From Archangiaceae bacterium (GTDB taxonomy: Bacteria; Myxococcota; Myxococcia; Myxococcales; Myxococcaceae): a DNA stretch of 10,700 nucleotides. The translations under genes were made by a program, and so were the position numbers. Positions 1 through 7,732 of the stretch are shown here, one piece after another; position 1 is the first letter of the stretch, and each line of letters opens with the position of its first letter. The stretch lies in the NCBI GenBank assembly GCA_043750125.1, contig JAYVCD010000387.1, positions 1-10,700 of the forward strand, read 5' to 3'. The notes under the pieces were generated by a model, which ran no database searches, was not told the origin of the DNA, and worked only from the letters and a program-made list of their open reading frames with translations.

Positions 1-970
1 CCGGAATCAGGTCTCCGGGGGCAATCAGCAGCTGATCGTTGGCGCAGATCTTCGCCGCGGGCACCACCTCGACCCGCGCGCCACTGCGGCGTCGAACGAA
101 CAACCCCTGCACCCCGTCGTCGTCGAGCAGAAAGCGGCGGTTGCGCTCGAGCACCCGCTGTTGAAGCCACCGGCCCAGCAGCATCAAGGTGATGAAGACG
201 TTGAGGGTGTCGAAGTAGGCGCCCTCGCCGTTGCGCTGCGCCACGCAGGTGCCCCACACCAGCGCGATGCCCACTGCAATCGGAAGATCCAGGTGCAGCA
301 CTTCGCTCTTCAAGCCGCGCAGCGCGCCGCGAAAAAAAGGCCAGCCTCCAATCAGCACCACCGCGGTCGTCAGCAGCAAGGACAGCCGCGAGAAGATCGA
401 GAACAGCTCTCCGTCCGCTCGGGCGAGCCCGAAGTAGAAGCTCAGCGAGAACAGCATCACGTTCAAGGTGATCGCCGCGCAGATCCCCAACCGCAGCGGC
501 AGCTCGTTCGAAGCGCGCGTGCCTTGCTTGCACGCCGGCCCGAGCGCGTAGCCGAACGCTTCAATCTCGCTCACCCAATCGGCCAACGACAACCGCTGCG
601 GATCCCACTGCAGCCGCGCCCGACCGAACGCCGGGTTGACGGTGATTGCCGCTCCGCCCTTTCGCCGGAACGTCTCGTTGAACAGCCAGACGCACGCGGC
701 GCAGTGGATGCCCTGCACATCGAGCTCGAGACTTTTGAGCGGCCCGGGGCTCAGCAGCGCCCTTTCCACCAGCGGCTCGAGCCACACCAGGCTGCGATGG
801 GCAGCCAGCGCCACCGGAGCAACGGCTTCCCGCGCCAGCGCGTAGTAGCGGGTCAGGCCCTGCTCGACCAGGAGAGCGTGAACCGCTTCACAGCCGGTGC
901 AGCAGAACCGCTGCGATTCCCCACCTGAAGGGACCGGACTGGAACAATGAATACAAAGAGCGCGCGGCAC
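1..970 (-). CDS. ccoI: Heavy-metal (Cu) translocating P1B-type ATPase, cbb3-oxidase assembly CcoI/FixI type; 5' part only, runs off the left edge
   Basis: Manual translation from GTG 970: MPRALCIHCSSPVPSGGESQRFCCTGCEAVHALLVEQGLTRYYAL (CxHC...FCCxGC metal-binding N-domain typical of CcoI). Then an HMA domain LELDVQGIHCAACVWL, TM segments (GWPFFRGA, LHLDLPIAVGI, YFDTLNVFITLMLLGRWLQ) and the actuator start PGDLIP at the edge. No stop in frame. Absent from the ORF track because its stop lies outside the window. Confidence 0.9.
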   Translation of the reverse strand, partial: MPRALCIHCSSPVPSGGESQRFCCTGCEAVHALLVEQGLTRYYALAREAVAPVALAAHRSLVWLEPLVERALLSPGPLKSLELDVQGIHCAACVWLFNETFRRKGGAAITVNPAFGRARLQWDPQRLSLADWVSEIEAFGYALGPACKQGTRASNELPLRLGICAAITLNVMLFSLSFYFGLARADGELFSIFSRLSLLLTTAVVLIGGWPFFRGALRGLKSEVLHLDLPIAVGIALVWGTCVAQRNGEGAYFDTLNVFITLMLLGRWLQQRVLERNRRFLLDDDGVQGLFVRRRSGARVEVVPAAKICANDQLLIAPGDLIP

Positions 971-987
971 GATGGCCCGAGCCCAGT

Positions 988-1007
988 GCGAGCGGCATGC
1001 CGATTGC
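988..1007. promoter_or_regulatory. Imperfect 20-bp palindrome matching a sigma54 (-24/-12) promoter on both strands
   Basis: + strand CGGCATG-CCGA-TTGCG (GG 994-995, GC 1006-1007). - strand CGGCATG-CCGC-TCGCA (GG 1001-1000, GC 989-988). Both have exact GG-N10-GC spacing against consensus TGGCACG-N4-TTGCW. Confidence 0.55.
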
Positions 1008-1020
1008 GAAGTGGCTGGGC

Positions 1021-1689
1021 GTGGAAGCTCCGCTGATCGCGACGGCTGCAGGAGCGATGGTCGCGGGCCTGAGCGGCAGCGTCCACTGCGCGCTGATGTG
1101 CGGACCGCTGGCCTGCGCCGGCCTGCCGAAGGACCGCGCCGCGCGGGTGAAAGCCGCCGCCGCGTGGCACGTCGGTCGAATCTCGGCCTACGCCCTGGTC
1201 GGAGCAGCGCTCGGGGGCCTGGGCAGTGGGCTCGCGCACCTGCTGTCGGCGTCGATTCAGCCCGCGGTCCCGTGGCTGATGGCGGCCGGGCTGGTGGCCA
1301 CTGCGCTCGACGCTGGGCGGTGGCTCAAACCGTTGCCCGCGGTGGCGAGCATCGCGCGGGCCCTGGGCCGCTGGGCCAGCGCGCTCTCGCCGAGCTTTCG
1401 CGCTGCGCTGCTCGGGGCCGCCACGCCCTTTCTTCCCTGTGGGCTGCTGTACGGCGTCTTCCTCGCGGTGCTCGCGGCAGGCTCTGCCCGCTGGGGAGCG
1501 GGGCTGATGGCGGCCTTTGCGGTGGGCGGAACTGCGGCGCTGGCCGCGACCCAGGTGACGGGCCTTGCCGCGCTCAAGCTCAGCCCCGGATTCAGGCGTT
1601 CACTTCTGCTGACCGCGGCGGCGGTGTTGGTCTGGCGCGCGGCTGTTGCGGCTTCGGTCGGGCCCGACGTTCCTCCGGCGTGCCACTGA
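1021..1689 (+). CDS. DsbD_2 / TauE-SafE / UreH-like membrane protein associated with cbb3 oxidase biogenesis
   Basis: Hydrophobic ORF with family motifs GLSGSVHCALMCGP, WHVGRISAYALVG and PFLPCGLLY, and C-terminal PPACH. Adjacent to ccoI. Start uncertain: ATG 997 (ORF track) lies inside the putative promoter, so GTG 1021 is preferred. Confidence 0.85.
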   Translation: MEAPLIATAAGAMVAGLSGSVHCALMCGPLACAGLPKDRAARVKAAAAWHVGRISAYALVGAALGGLGSGLAHLLSASIQPAVPWLMAAGLVATALDAGRWLKPLPAVASIARALGRWASALSPSFRAALLGAATPFLPCGLLYGVFLAVLAAGSARWGAGLMAAFAVGGTAALAATQVTGLAALKLSPGFRRSLLLTAAAVLVWRAAVAASVGPDVPPACH

Positions 1690-1745
1690 CAAGACAGGTG
1701 CAGAATTCCGTACCGCTGAGGTGGGCTGCAGCTTCTGCACCCCGC

Positions 1746-3125
1746 TCACGCCACCGCTTTAAAGCGGGCAGAGAAGTGCCGCAGCGCCCTGGGTTCCGAT
1801 TCGATTCGCAATCCTTTGAGGGCGGGCGCCCGCCGGGCCACCCGCTGGACGACCTCGATGACGTAGTCGATGTGGCTTTGGGTATAGGTCCGCCGGGGAA
1901 TGGCCAACCGCACCAGGTCCATCGCGCCCGGCTGCTCGCTGCCATCGGGCTGGCGGCCAAACATCACGGTGCCGATCTCACAGCCGCGGACGCCTCCCTC
2001 GCGGTACAGCTCGACCGCCAGCACCTGCCCCGGGTACTGCAGCGGGGGCACCTGGGGCAGCAGGCTGCGGGCATCGAGGTAGACGGCGTGCCCGCCGATC
2101 GGCAGCACCAACGGAACTCCGGAAGCCTGCAGCGCCTGGCCGAGGTACTCGGTGCTGCGAATGCGGTACCGCAGATACTCGTGATCGACCACTTCCACCA
2201 GGCCCTGGGCGATCGCTTCGAGGTCACGGCCGGCGAGCCCTCCGTAGGTGGGAAATCCTTCAGTGAGGATCAGCAGGTTGCGAGCCTGCTGCGCCAATTC
2301 GTCGTCGTTGACCGCCAGCCAGCCGCCGATGTTCGCCAGCCCGTCCTTCTTCGCCGACATCGTCATTCCGTCGGCCAGCCCAGCCATCTCGCGCACGATC
2401 TCTTTGACGTCGCGCTCGGCCTGGCCTTCTTCCCTCTGCCGGATGAACCAGGCGTTCTCGGCGAAGCGACAGGCATCGAGAAACAGCGGCAGCCGATGGC
2501 GATCGCAGATCGCGCGCACCCCGCGCAGGTTCTCGAGGCTCACCGGCTGGCCGCCTCCCGAGTTGTTGGTGAGCGTGACGAACACCATCGGGATCTGCGC
2601 CGCCCCGTGCTTGGAAATCAGCGCCTCGAGCTTGCCCAGGTCCATGTTGCCCTTGAAGGGGTGCAGCAGCGCCGGCTGGTGGCCCTCGGGAATCAGGCAG
2701 TCCACCGCTCGAGCCCCGGTGAACTCGACGTTCGCCCGGGTGGTGTCGAAGTGGGTGTTGTTGGGGAAGACCTTCCCTTTGCCGCCCACCACCGAGAAGA
2801 GGATCTTCTCTGCCGCGCGCCCCTGGTGGGTGGGGATGACGTGCTTGAACGGGAAGAGGTTCTTCACCGCCGCTTCGAACCGGTAGAACGAGGGAGAGCC
2901 CGCGTAGCTCTCATCGCCCCGCTGCAGCGCAGCCCACTGCTCGGCGCTCATCGCTCCGGTGCCCGAGTCGGTCAGCAGGTCGATCAACACGTCTGCAGAG
3001 CGCAGCTCGAAGAGGTTGTTGCCTGCTTCGGCCAGCCGCGCTTCTCGTTCGACGCGGGTCGTGATTCGTATCGGTTCGACCGACTTGATCCGGAAGGGCT
3101 CGATGATGGTGCGGAAGGGTTCCAT
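1746..3125 (-). CDS. tnaA: Tryptophanase (tryptophan indole-lyase, PLP-dependent beta-eliminating lyase), 459 aa
   Basis: EPFRIKSVEPI, IDLLTDSGTGAMS, GDESYAGS, PTHQGRAAE, DACRFAENA, PLP-lysine motif MSAKKDG, LVRLAIPRRTYTQSH. SAKKD and C-terminal LRHF favour tryptophanase over tyrosine phenol-lyase (SGKKD, LRFF). Start placed at ATG 3125 (MEPFRT), not 3233. Confidence 0.9.
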   Translation of the reverse strand: MEPFRTIIEPFRIKSVEPIRITTRVEREARLAEAGNNLFELRSADVLIDLLTDSGTGAMSAEQWAALQRGDESYAGSPSFYRFEAAVKNLFPFKHVIPTHQGRAAEKILFSVVGGKGKVFPNNTHFDTTRANVEFTGARAVDCLIPEGHQPALLHPFKGNMDLGKLEALISKHGAAQIPMVFVTLTNNSGGGQPVSLENLRGVRAICDRHRLPLFLDACRFAENAWFIRQREEGQAERDVKEIVREMAGLADGMTMSAKKDGLANIGGWLAVNDDELAQQARNLLILTEGFPTYGGLAGRDLEAIAQGLVEVVDHEYLRYRIRSTEYLGQALQASGVPLVLPIGGHAVYLDARSLLPQVPPLQYPGQVLAVELYREGGVRGCEIGTVMFGRQPDGSEQPGAMDLVRLAIPRRTYTQSHIDYVIEVVQRVARRAPALKGLRIESEPRALRHFSARFKAVA

Positions 3126-3174
3126 TCCCCCCCCGTTACATTTTTGAGGCCACCCTGGGCTTTTGGGGCGAACC

Positions 3175-4090
3175 TCAGGGTTGCACGGATCCGCCGGGGA
3201 CGGGCAGCGCGAAGCTGATGGTCGTGCCTTCACCGATGGTGCTTCGGGCCCAGATCGTTCCGCCCTGCGACTCGACCACCGCCTTCGAGATCGCCAGCCC
3301 CAGGCCCGGGCTTCCCTGGAGGCCGCGCTTCCCCTGCCAGTAACGATCGAAGATATGGGGCAGGTCCGCTTCAGTAATCCCAGGGCCCGTATCGGTGATC
3401 GCTGAAGATGACCCGCTCGCGCTCGGCTCGAGTTCGAACGGTCACCACTGCCCCCTGGCCGGAAAGCTTGATTGCGTTTCCAACCAGATTCGAAAAAAAA
3501 TGCAGGGTTCGAGCGCGATCGCAGCTCACCGTCACCGCCGTTGCTTGCAGGTCTTTCTCGATGCGCGTGCCTTTGGCGACCGCGATCGGCTGCAGCACCT
3601 CGACCGCTTCGGAGGCGAGGGCGCCCACGTTCTGCGGCGCGACATCGACTCTCGATTTGCCCGCCTCGATGTTCGAATAGTCGAGCAGGTCGAGAATCAT
3701 CAACACCATCCGTTCGGTGGCCCTGCGAATTCCCTCGGAAGTCTTGGTTGTCTTAGCTGAGCTCTCTTCATTATTCGTCTTCAGCGCCAGCTGCGATGCG
3801 AGCAATTGAATCGTGCTCAAAGGATTGAGCAGATCGTGCGAGACGACTGCGAGGACCTGATCTCGGACGTGAACTGCGACTTGCGCTCGTTCAAACAAGC
3901 GCGCGTGATCGACGGCCAAAGCGGCCCGGCGGCCGAGCTCCTGGGCCAACAGCAAATCGTCCCGCGTATACCGCTTGTGCGGAGCCGACACGAACAGCAT
4001 CGCCCCGAACATCGTTCCTCGCGCGGCCAAGGGCACGCAAAGGTAGGACTGAGTTGCAAGCTCACCGCGCAGCAAAGGGTCATCGATCTG
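3175..4090 (-). pseudogene. 5'-truncated, frameshifted sensor histidine kinase (partial GAF - HisKA - HATPase_c)
   Basis: GAF C-half SYLCVPLAARG...DLLLAQELGRRAALAVDHARLF, H-box VSHDLLNPL, N-box SNLVGNAIK. One extra base near 3400 (TTC AGC G ATC ACC GAT) shifts the frame. The other frame continues ITDTGPGITEADLPHIFDRYWQG...PGLGLAISKAVVESQGGTIWARSTIGEGTTISFALP to TGA at 3177-3175. No credible start codon. Confidence 0.85.
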
Positions 4091-4466
4091 CAAGGATGCC
4101 GGCACGGACCCGCCGCGCGACCTCATATCCGTCGATGAGCGGCAGTCCAACGTCGACCAATGCCACGTCGGGCCGCGGCTCGAGAATGCGCTGTGCTCCC
4201 GCGACGCCATCTTTGGCGACGACTACCTCATGCCCAAGCCCTTCGAGAAATTCCGCCAGGGTCTCCCGAATGTCTTCAGAATCCTCGACGATGACGATGC
4301 GCCGCTTGTGGCCGACGGCTGACGGGGCTGCCGCTTCGGCGAGGCAGACTGCCTGAGGCTGGGCGGCCAGCGGCAGACGCACCACGAACTCGCTGCCTGT
4401 TCCCTCGCCTTTACTCTGTGCGGCGACGGTGCCGCCATGCAGCTCGACGAGGCTCTTCACCAGCGC
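4080..4466 (-). pseudogene. Fragment of a hybrid histidine kinase: HATPase_c tail plus C-terminally truncated receiver domain
   Basis: ALVKSLVELHGGTVAAQSKGEGTGSEFVVRLP, then RRIVIVEDSEDIRETLAEFLEGLGHEV...PDVALVDVGLPLIDGYEVARRVRA. It stops before the conserved Thr/Ser and Lys-Pro of REC domains. Sequence upstream of about 4466 is not kinase-like. Confidence 0.85.
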
Positions 4467-4566
4467 TGCTGAACCACACGCTCTGAGAGAACCGTTCGAG
4501 AAATTCGATGGGTCTGTTCCGAAATGTTTGATGGACGAGGCACGCAGCCAAGAGCAGTCAGTCGCG

Positions 4567-5829
4567 ATGAGAATTCGCAAACTGAATCTTTCGGCGCTGG
4601 CTGCTGGCCTCTGCTTTTCTCTCACCGTCGGATGCGGGGTCGAGCGGCTCCGAACACTTGGACCCAACCTCCAGGACCCGGTGCCCGCCGAACCGGTCAG
4701 CCCACCCAGACCGGTCGAGCCCGATGAATCGACCTACCCACCCGCGGTCGCAGGGCCCGAACCTGTCTCTCTGATCGGAGGTGTCCTGGGCACCGCAGTC
4801 TTACCTGCACGAGGCGACTGCAAAGGAACCTTCACCTACGTCAATTTCGGTTTCGTCTCAGCGAACCCGGGAGCCACTGGGGAAAGTCAGGGTACCGCGC
4901 TCAACGACCAGCAGGTGGTCACGGGCTCGTCATCGAACGGCTTCGCTGGAAATTTCGCCGCGTTCCGCTGGACCGGCCCCCTGATCGCCACTCACCCGGC
5001 TGTATTTATGGGTGGTTCGAGCCGAGGGACGGCAATCAACGAATCGGGCGAGATTGTTGGATATATGCATGTCTCCTACACCGACCCGCCCCACGCGTTC
5101 GTGAACCGAGGCGGGGTGATGACGGACCTGGGCACCGGTTTTGGCGCGGGCAGCTCGAGCGCGGCCTTCGATGTCAACGAGCCGGGCCAGATTGTCGGCC
5201 AACACGTTTCCAGCCAGCGGGCACCGATCCGCGCCGCGCTCTGGGACAAGGGCGTTCTTCGCGACCTGGGAACCATCGACGGTGCCACCCATGGCGCCGA
5301 TGACATCAAATACAACACCGACAGCATTGCCTACGCCATCAACGATCAAGGTCAGGTGGTGGGGACCTCATTCACGAAGTACAGCCTCGCGCTGCGCGCT
5401 TTCCTATGGACGAACGGCGTGATGCGCGACCTCGGCACGTTGGGCAGCGATGCCGAAGCCACTCAAGCGCGCGACATCAACAACGACGGACAAATCGTCG
5501 GCTCGTCAGTAACGCCAGCAGGAGCGACCCACGCTTTCTCCTGGGTCAATGGAGTGATGCGCGACCTGGGCGGGTACCCCGGCGGAAGCTGGGCGGTCAG
5601 CATCAATGAGCAAGGGTCCATCGTCGGCTACTCAGTCAACGCGAGTGCCGAGCTGCGCGCGGTGTTGTGGGAAGGCGGGCAGCTCATCGATTTAAACACC
5701 ATCACCTCCCACCTTCCTGCCGGTCTCACCCTCAGAACAGCCGTTGCGATCAATGGCAATTGCGCGATCACCGGAACCGCGCGGATGCCGGGCAAGGCGG
5801 ACAGGGCTTTCCTGCTCATCCGCGAATGA
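4567..5829 (+). CDS. Putative lipoprotein with HAF-family extracellular repeats (predicted 7-bladed beta-propeller), 420 aa
   Basis: Signal peptide MRIRKLNLSALAAGLCFSLTVG-C and a Pro-rich linker. Seven A-x-x-(I/V/L)N-x-x-G-Q-(I/V)VG-like units alternate with HAFVNRGGVMTDLG, RAALWDKGVLRDLG, RAFLWTNGVMRDLG, HAFSWVNGVMRDLG and RAVLWEGGQLIDLN. Terminal RAFLL. ATG 4567 preferred over 4429. Confidence 0.88.
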   Translation: MRIRKLNLSALAAGLCFSLTVGCGVERLRTLGPNLQDPVPAEPVSPPRPVEPDESTYPPAVAGPEPVSLIGGVLGTAVLPARGDCKGTFTYVNFGFVSANPGATGESQGTALNDQQVVTGSSSNGFAGNFAAFRWTGPLIATHPAVFMGGSSRGTAINESGEIVGYMHVSYTDPPHAFVNRGGVMTDLGTGFGAGSSSAAFDVNEPGQIVGQHVSSQRAPIRAALWDKGVLRDLGTIDGATHGADDIKYNTDSIAYAINDQGQVVGTSFTKYSLALRAFLWTNGVMRDLGTLGSDAEATQARDINNDGQIVGSSVTPAGATHAFSWVNGVMRDLGGYPGGSWAVSINEQGSIVGYSVNASAELRAVLWEGGQLIDLNTITSHLPAGLTLRTAVAINGNCAITGTARMPGKADRAFLLIRE

Positions 5830-6018
5830 AATAGCCGCTCGTGGCCGTCGACAGGCAGAGCGCAACCCGTGGGGCGCGACGCGCAAACTCTTCGTCACTT
5901 CCGAAGCAAGCCCAAGCGGAACATCCGGCGCGAGGTTTGCATTTGCGGCCACCGCAATCGGGCGCCGCTCTCTTCGGTGACCGTTGAGGCCGCAGACGGT
6001 GCTGGGGGGTGAGCTTTC

Positions 6019-6707
6019 ATGATCCGATTGTCGAACCTCTCGAACCTGTGCTCGAGATCGATTCACCTGCTGGAGAAAGAGGTCGACGTCTTCCCGGAGC
6101 CCGGCCGCACGCCCAACACCATCGCCTTCCCGGTGAGACTGGGGACGTTCAATGCTCTGCAGCAGAGCGACATTCACGCGTACTGGGAGCTCAACCCTGG
6201 GACGAACTGGGTGTTTCCGCACTACGAGCTGCCCTTCACCGGCGGAATCCCCGGTACGTTCATGGCCGGGAAGGTGAACGCTTTGCAGTCCGTCGTCCCC
6301 GGCTCGGGCCCTAAAGGAATCGTAAATACCCCGGTGGCCTCACCGAGGAAATCCTTCTGGACGCTTTTGTGCGAGTGACCTCATTTCTGCCCGACCTGAA
6401 GGATCCAGCCGAGCGCCTCTTCCAGGCCTACCCAATGGGAGTCGCCACCGTGGACACCAACCGCGACGGGGTCGTGTCTTTCGTCGAGGCAGATGTGAAC
6501 GGTACTTCCGACGGGCTGCCGAACACCCGGCTCTACATCCCAGCGACGGGCTTCAATCGGTGCGCGATGACCCGCGAGATCAATGATGGCCTGCTCGCTC
6601 CGCGCTTTGCTCCCAGCCAGCGCGCGTATGTTCTCGCCGGGCCCCTCACCAGGGTGGTGCCCGCGGTTCCGGCCCGTCTGCTCAGCGGCGTTTGCGGCCC
6701 TGAGTGA
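6019..6707 (+). pseudogene. Probable single hypothetical gene split into two frames, containing an EF-hand-like loop
   Basis: Frame of ORF 6019 is protein-like to about GSGPKGIVN. Frame of ORF 6369 is open from 6315 and reads PGGLTEEILLDAFVRVTSFLP...VDTNRDGVVSFVEADVNG...TREINDGLLAPRFAPSQRAY. Both show GC-rich third positions. The 5' end looks truncated and the 3' end overlaps the LysR gene end by 26 nt. Confidence 0.6.
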
Positions 6708-7623
6708 TCGCCCGAGTCACGCTCTGGCGGCGCTGAACTTGTTCACGCACGAACCCCAATACGCAATCGACGCGCGGCGTGGGTCCGAGCGCCTTTCGTC
6801 GCACCGAAAAAAGGGGAGTTCGCGCAATGAGGTCCAGTGGAAGGAGGCGAAGTCGCTTTGCGCGAACCATTGGCTCGGCGATGGGGACAGGGAAGACTCC
6901 GAGCAAACCTCCACCCGCGCAGAGCTCGAGCCCTGCGTCCAGTTGCGTTGAGTAGACGCCAACTCGACGCACCAGCTGTGGCGGCCAGCCGTCGGGGGAC
7001 GCTTCTCCCTTCTTGTGAGTTGGAGCGACGAAAACGTGCGACAGAATCTGGCTGAGGTCGATTCTTTTCACGCGAAACAGCGGGTGGGTCCGGCCGCAGA
7101 AGATGCCACTGGGTACTTCGCCAAGCCGCGCCACCTCCAAAAGTTCACTCACCACAGGTGCGTCATGGAAGGCCACATCGAACTCTCCCAGGACGAGGCG
7201 TGCGTCAGCTTCCCGAGGGGCGTCGCTGTTGTAGAGATGCAAAACGAGGTTCGGGTGCGCCTTTCGCAGCGTCATCATCGCTGGAAGTATGAACGCGGCC
7301 ATCAGAGCCTCGCTCGCAGAGACGTGAACAGCCCCCGTGAGAGTCGTGCTCCCAGCGGCTTCCACTCCATCATCCACCACCCGCATTGCGGCGCGAACCG
7401 CGCCCAGAAGGAGCTCGCCTTCGCCGTTGAGCCGCAGCCGTCTGCCTGACCGCTCGAAGAGCGGATACCCCAGACGATCTTCGAGCAGTCGAATGGTCCG
7501 CGAGATTGCAGAAATGCTGACGTGCAACTTCGTGGACGCAGTCGGGAGGTGCTCCCTTTCTGCCACCACCCGAAAGACCGGCAGCCAGTTCCAAAATTCG
7601 CGAAGGCGAAGACCCTTATCCAT
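6682..7623 (-). CDS. LysR-type transcriptional regulator, 313 aa
   Basis: N-terminal HTH LPVFRVVAEREHLPTASTKLHVSISAISRTIRLLEDRLGYPLFERSGRRLRLNGEG. Substrate-binding domain features (LTGAVHVSA, HPNLVLHL, GEFDVAF, HPLF). Typical length and divergent arrangement. Confidence 0.93.
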   Translation of the reverse strand: MDKGLRLREFWNWLPVFRVVAEREHLPTASTKLHVSISAISRTIRLLEDRLGYPLFERSGRRLRLNGEGELLLGAVRAAMRVVDDGVEAAGSTTLTGAVHVSASEALMAAFILPAMMTLRKAHPNLVLHLYNSDAPREADARLVLGEFDVAFHDAPVVSELLEVARLGEVPSGIFCGRTHPLFRVKRIDLSQILSHVFVAPTHKKGEASPDGWPPQLVRRVGVYSTQLDAGLELCAGGGLLGVFPVPIAEPMVRAKRLRLLPLDLIARTPLFSVRRKALGPTPRVDCVLGFVREQVQRRQSVTRAITQGRKRR

Positions 7624-7642
7624 CGTTTCAAATAGTAGAACG
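7624..7642. promoter_or_regulatory. Putative LysR recognition site (T-N11-A dyad)
   Basis: CGTT-tcaaatagtag-AACG, with T7627-N11-A7639 and an AT-rich spacer, directly abutting the LysR start codon. A second AACG half-site lies 22 bp further on (7661-7664). Confidence 0.6.
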
Positions 7643-7690
7643 ACCTTCGAAGATTTTTCTAACGGTTTCCCCGTTTCCCACGCCTAGGTT

Positions 7691-7715
7691 CGAAAAAGGC
7701 CGGTGACCTTTTTCG
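7691..7715. promoter_or_regulatory. Perfect 9-bp inverted repeat upstream of the cytochrome RBS (operator or 5'-UTR hairpin)
   Basis: CGAAAAAGG-ccggtga-CCTTTTTCG, ending just upstream of GGAG (7723-7726). Confidence 0.45.
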
Positions 7716-7732
7716 TTGTTCGGGAGAAATGG

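Noticed and set aside
161..928. 255-aa plus-strand ORF and nested short ORFs
   Set aside because: Antisense shadow of the CcoI-type ATPase, which has clear motifs on the minus strand.
972..3218. 748-aa plus-strand ORF
   Set aside because: Out-of-frame overlap with the DsbD_2 gene and antisense to tnaA. Arg/Gly-rich with no motifs; a typical high-GC shadow ORF.
3126..3233. 36-aa N-terminal extension of tryptophanase in the ORF track
   Set aside because: Family similarity starts at MEPFRT, and the extension overlaps the kinase remnant's 3' end.
3395..3405. Programmed ribosomal frameshift in the kinase
   Set aside because: No slippery run at the shift site, and the gene has other lesions including a missing 5' end. 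Decay is the simpler explanation.
4242..4506. 12-bp direct repeat TTCGAGAAATTC (4242-4253 and 4495-4506) as a target-site duplication
   Set aside because: One copy lies inside continuous REC coding sequence, there is no element between the copies, and a few 12-mer repeats are expected by chance in 10 kb.
5830..6018. Possible ncRNA, terminator or small gene after the HAF gene (hairpin TTGCGG-cca-CCGCAA, 5943-5957)
   Set aside because: Short stem without a U-tract, no recognisable RNA family, and ORFs crossing the region lack motifs.
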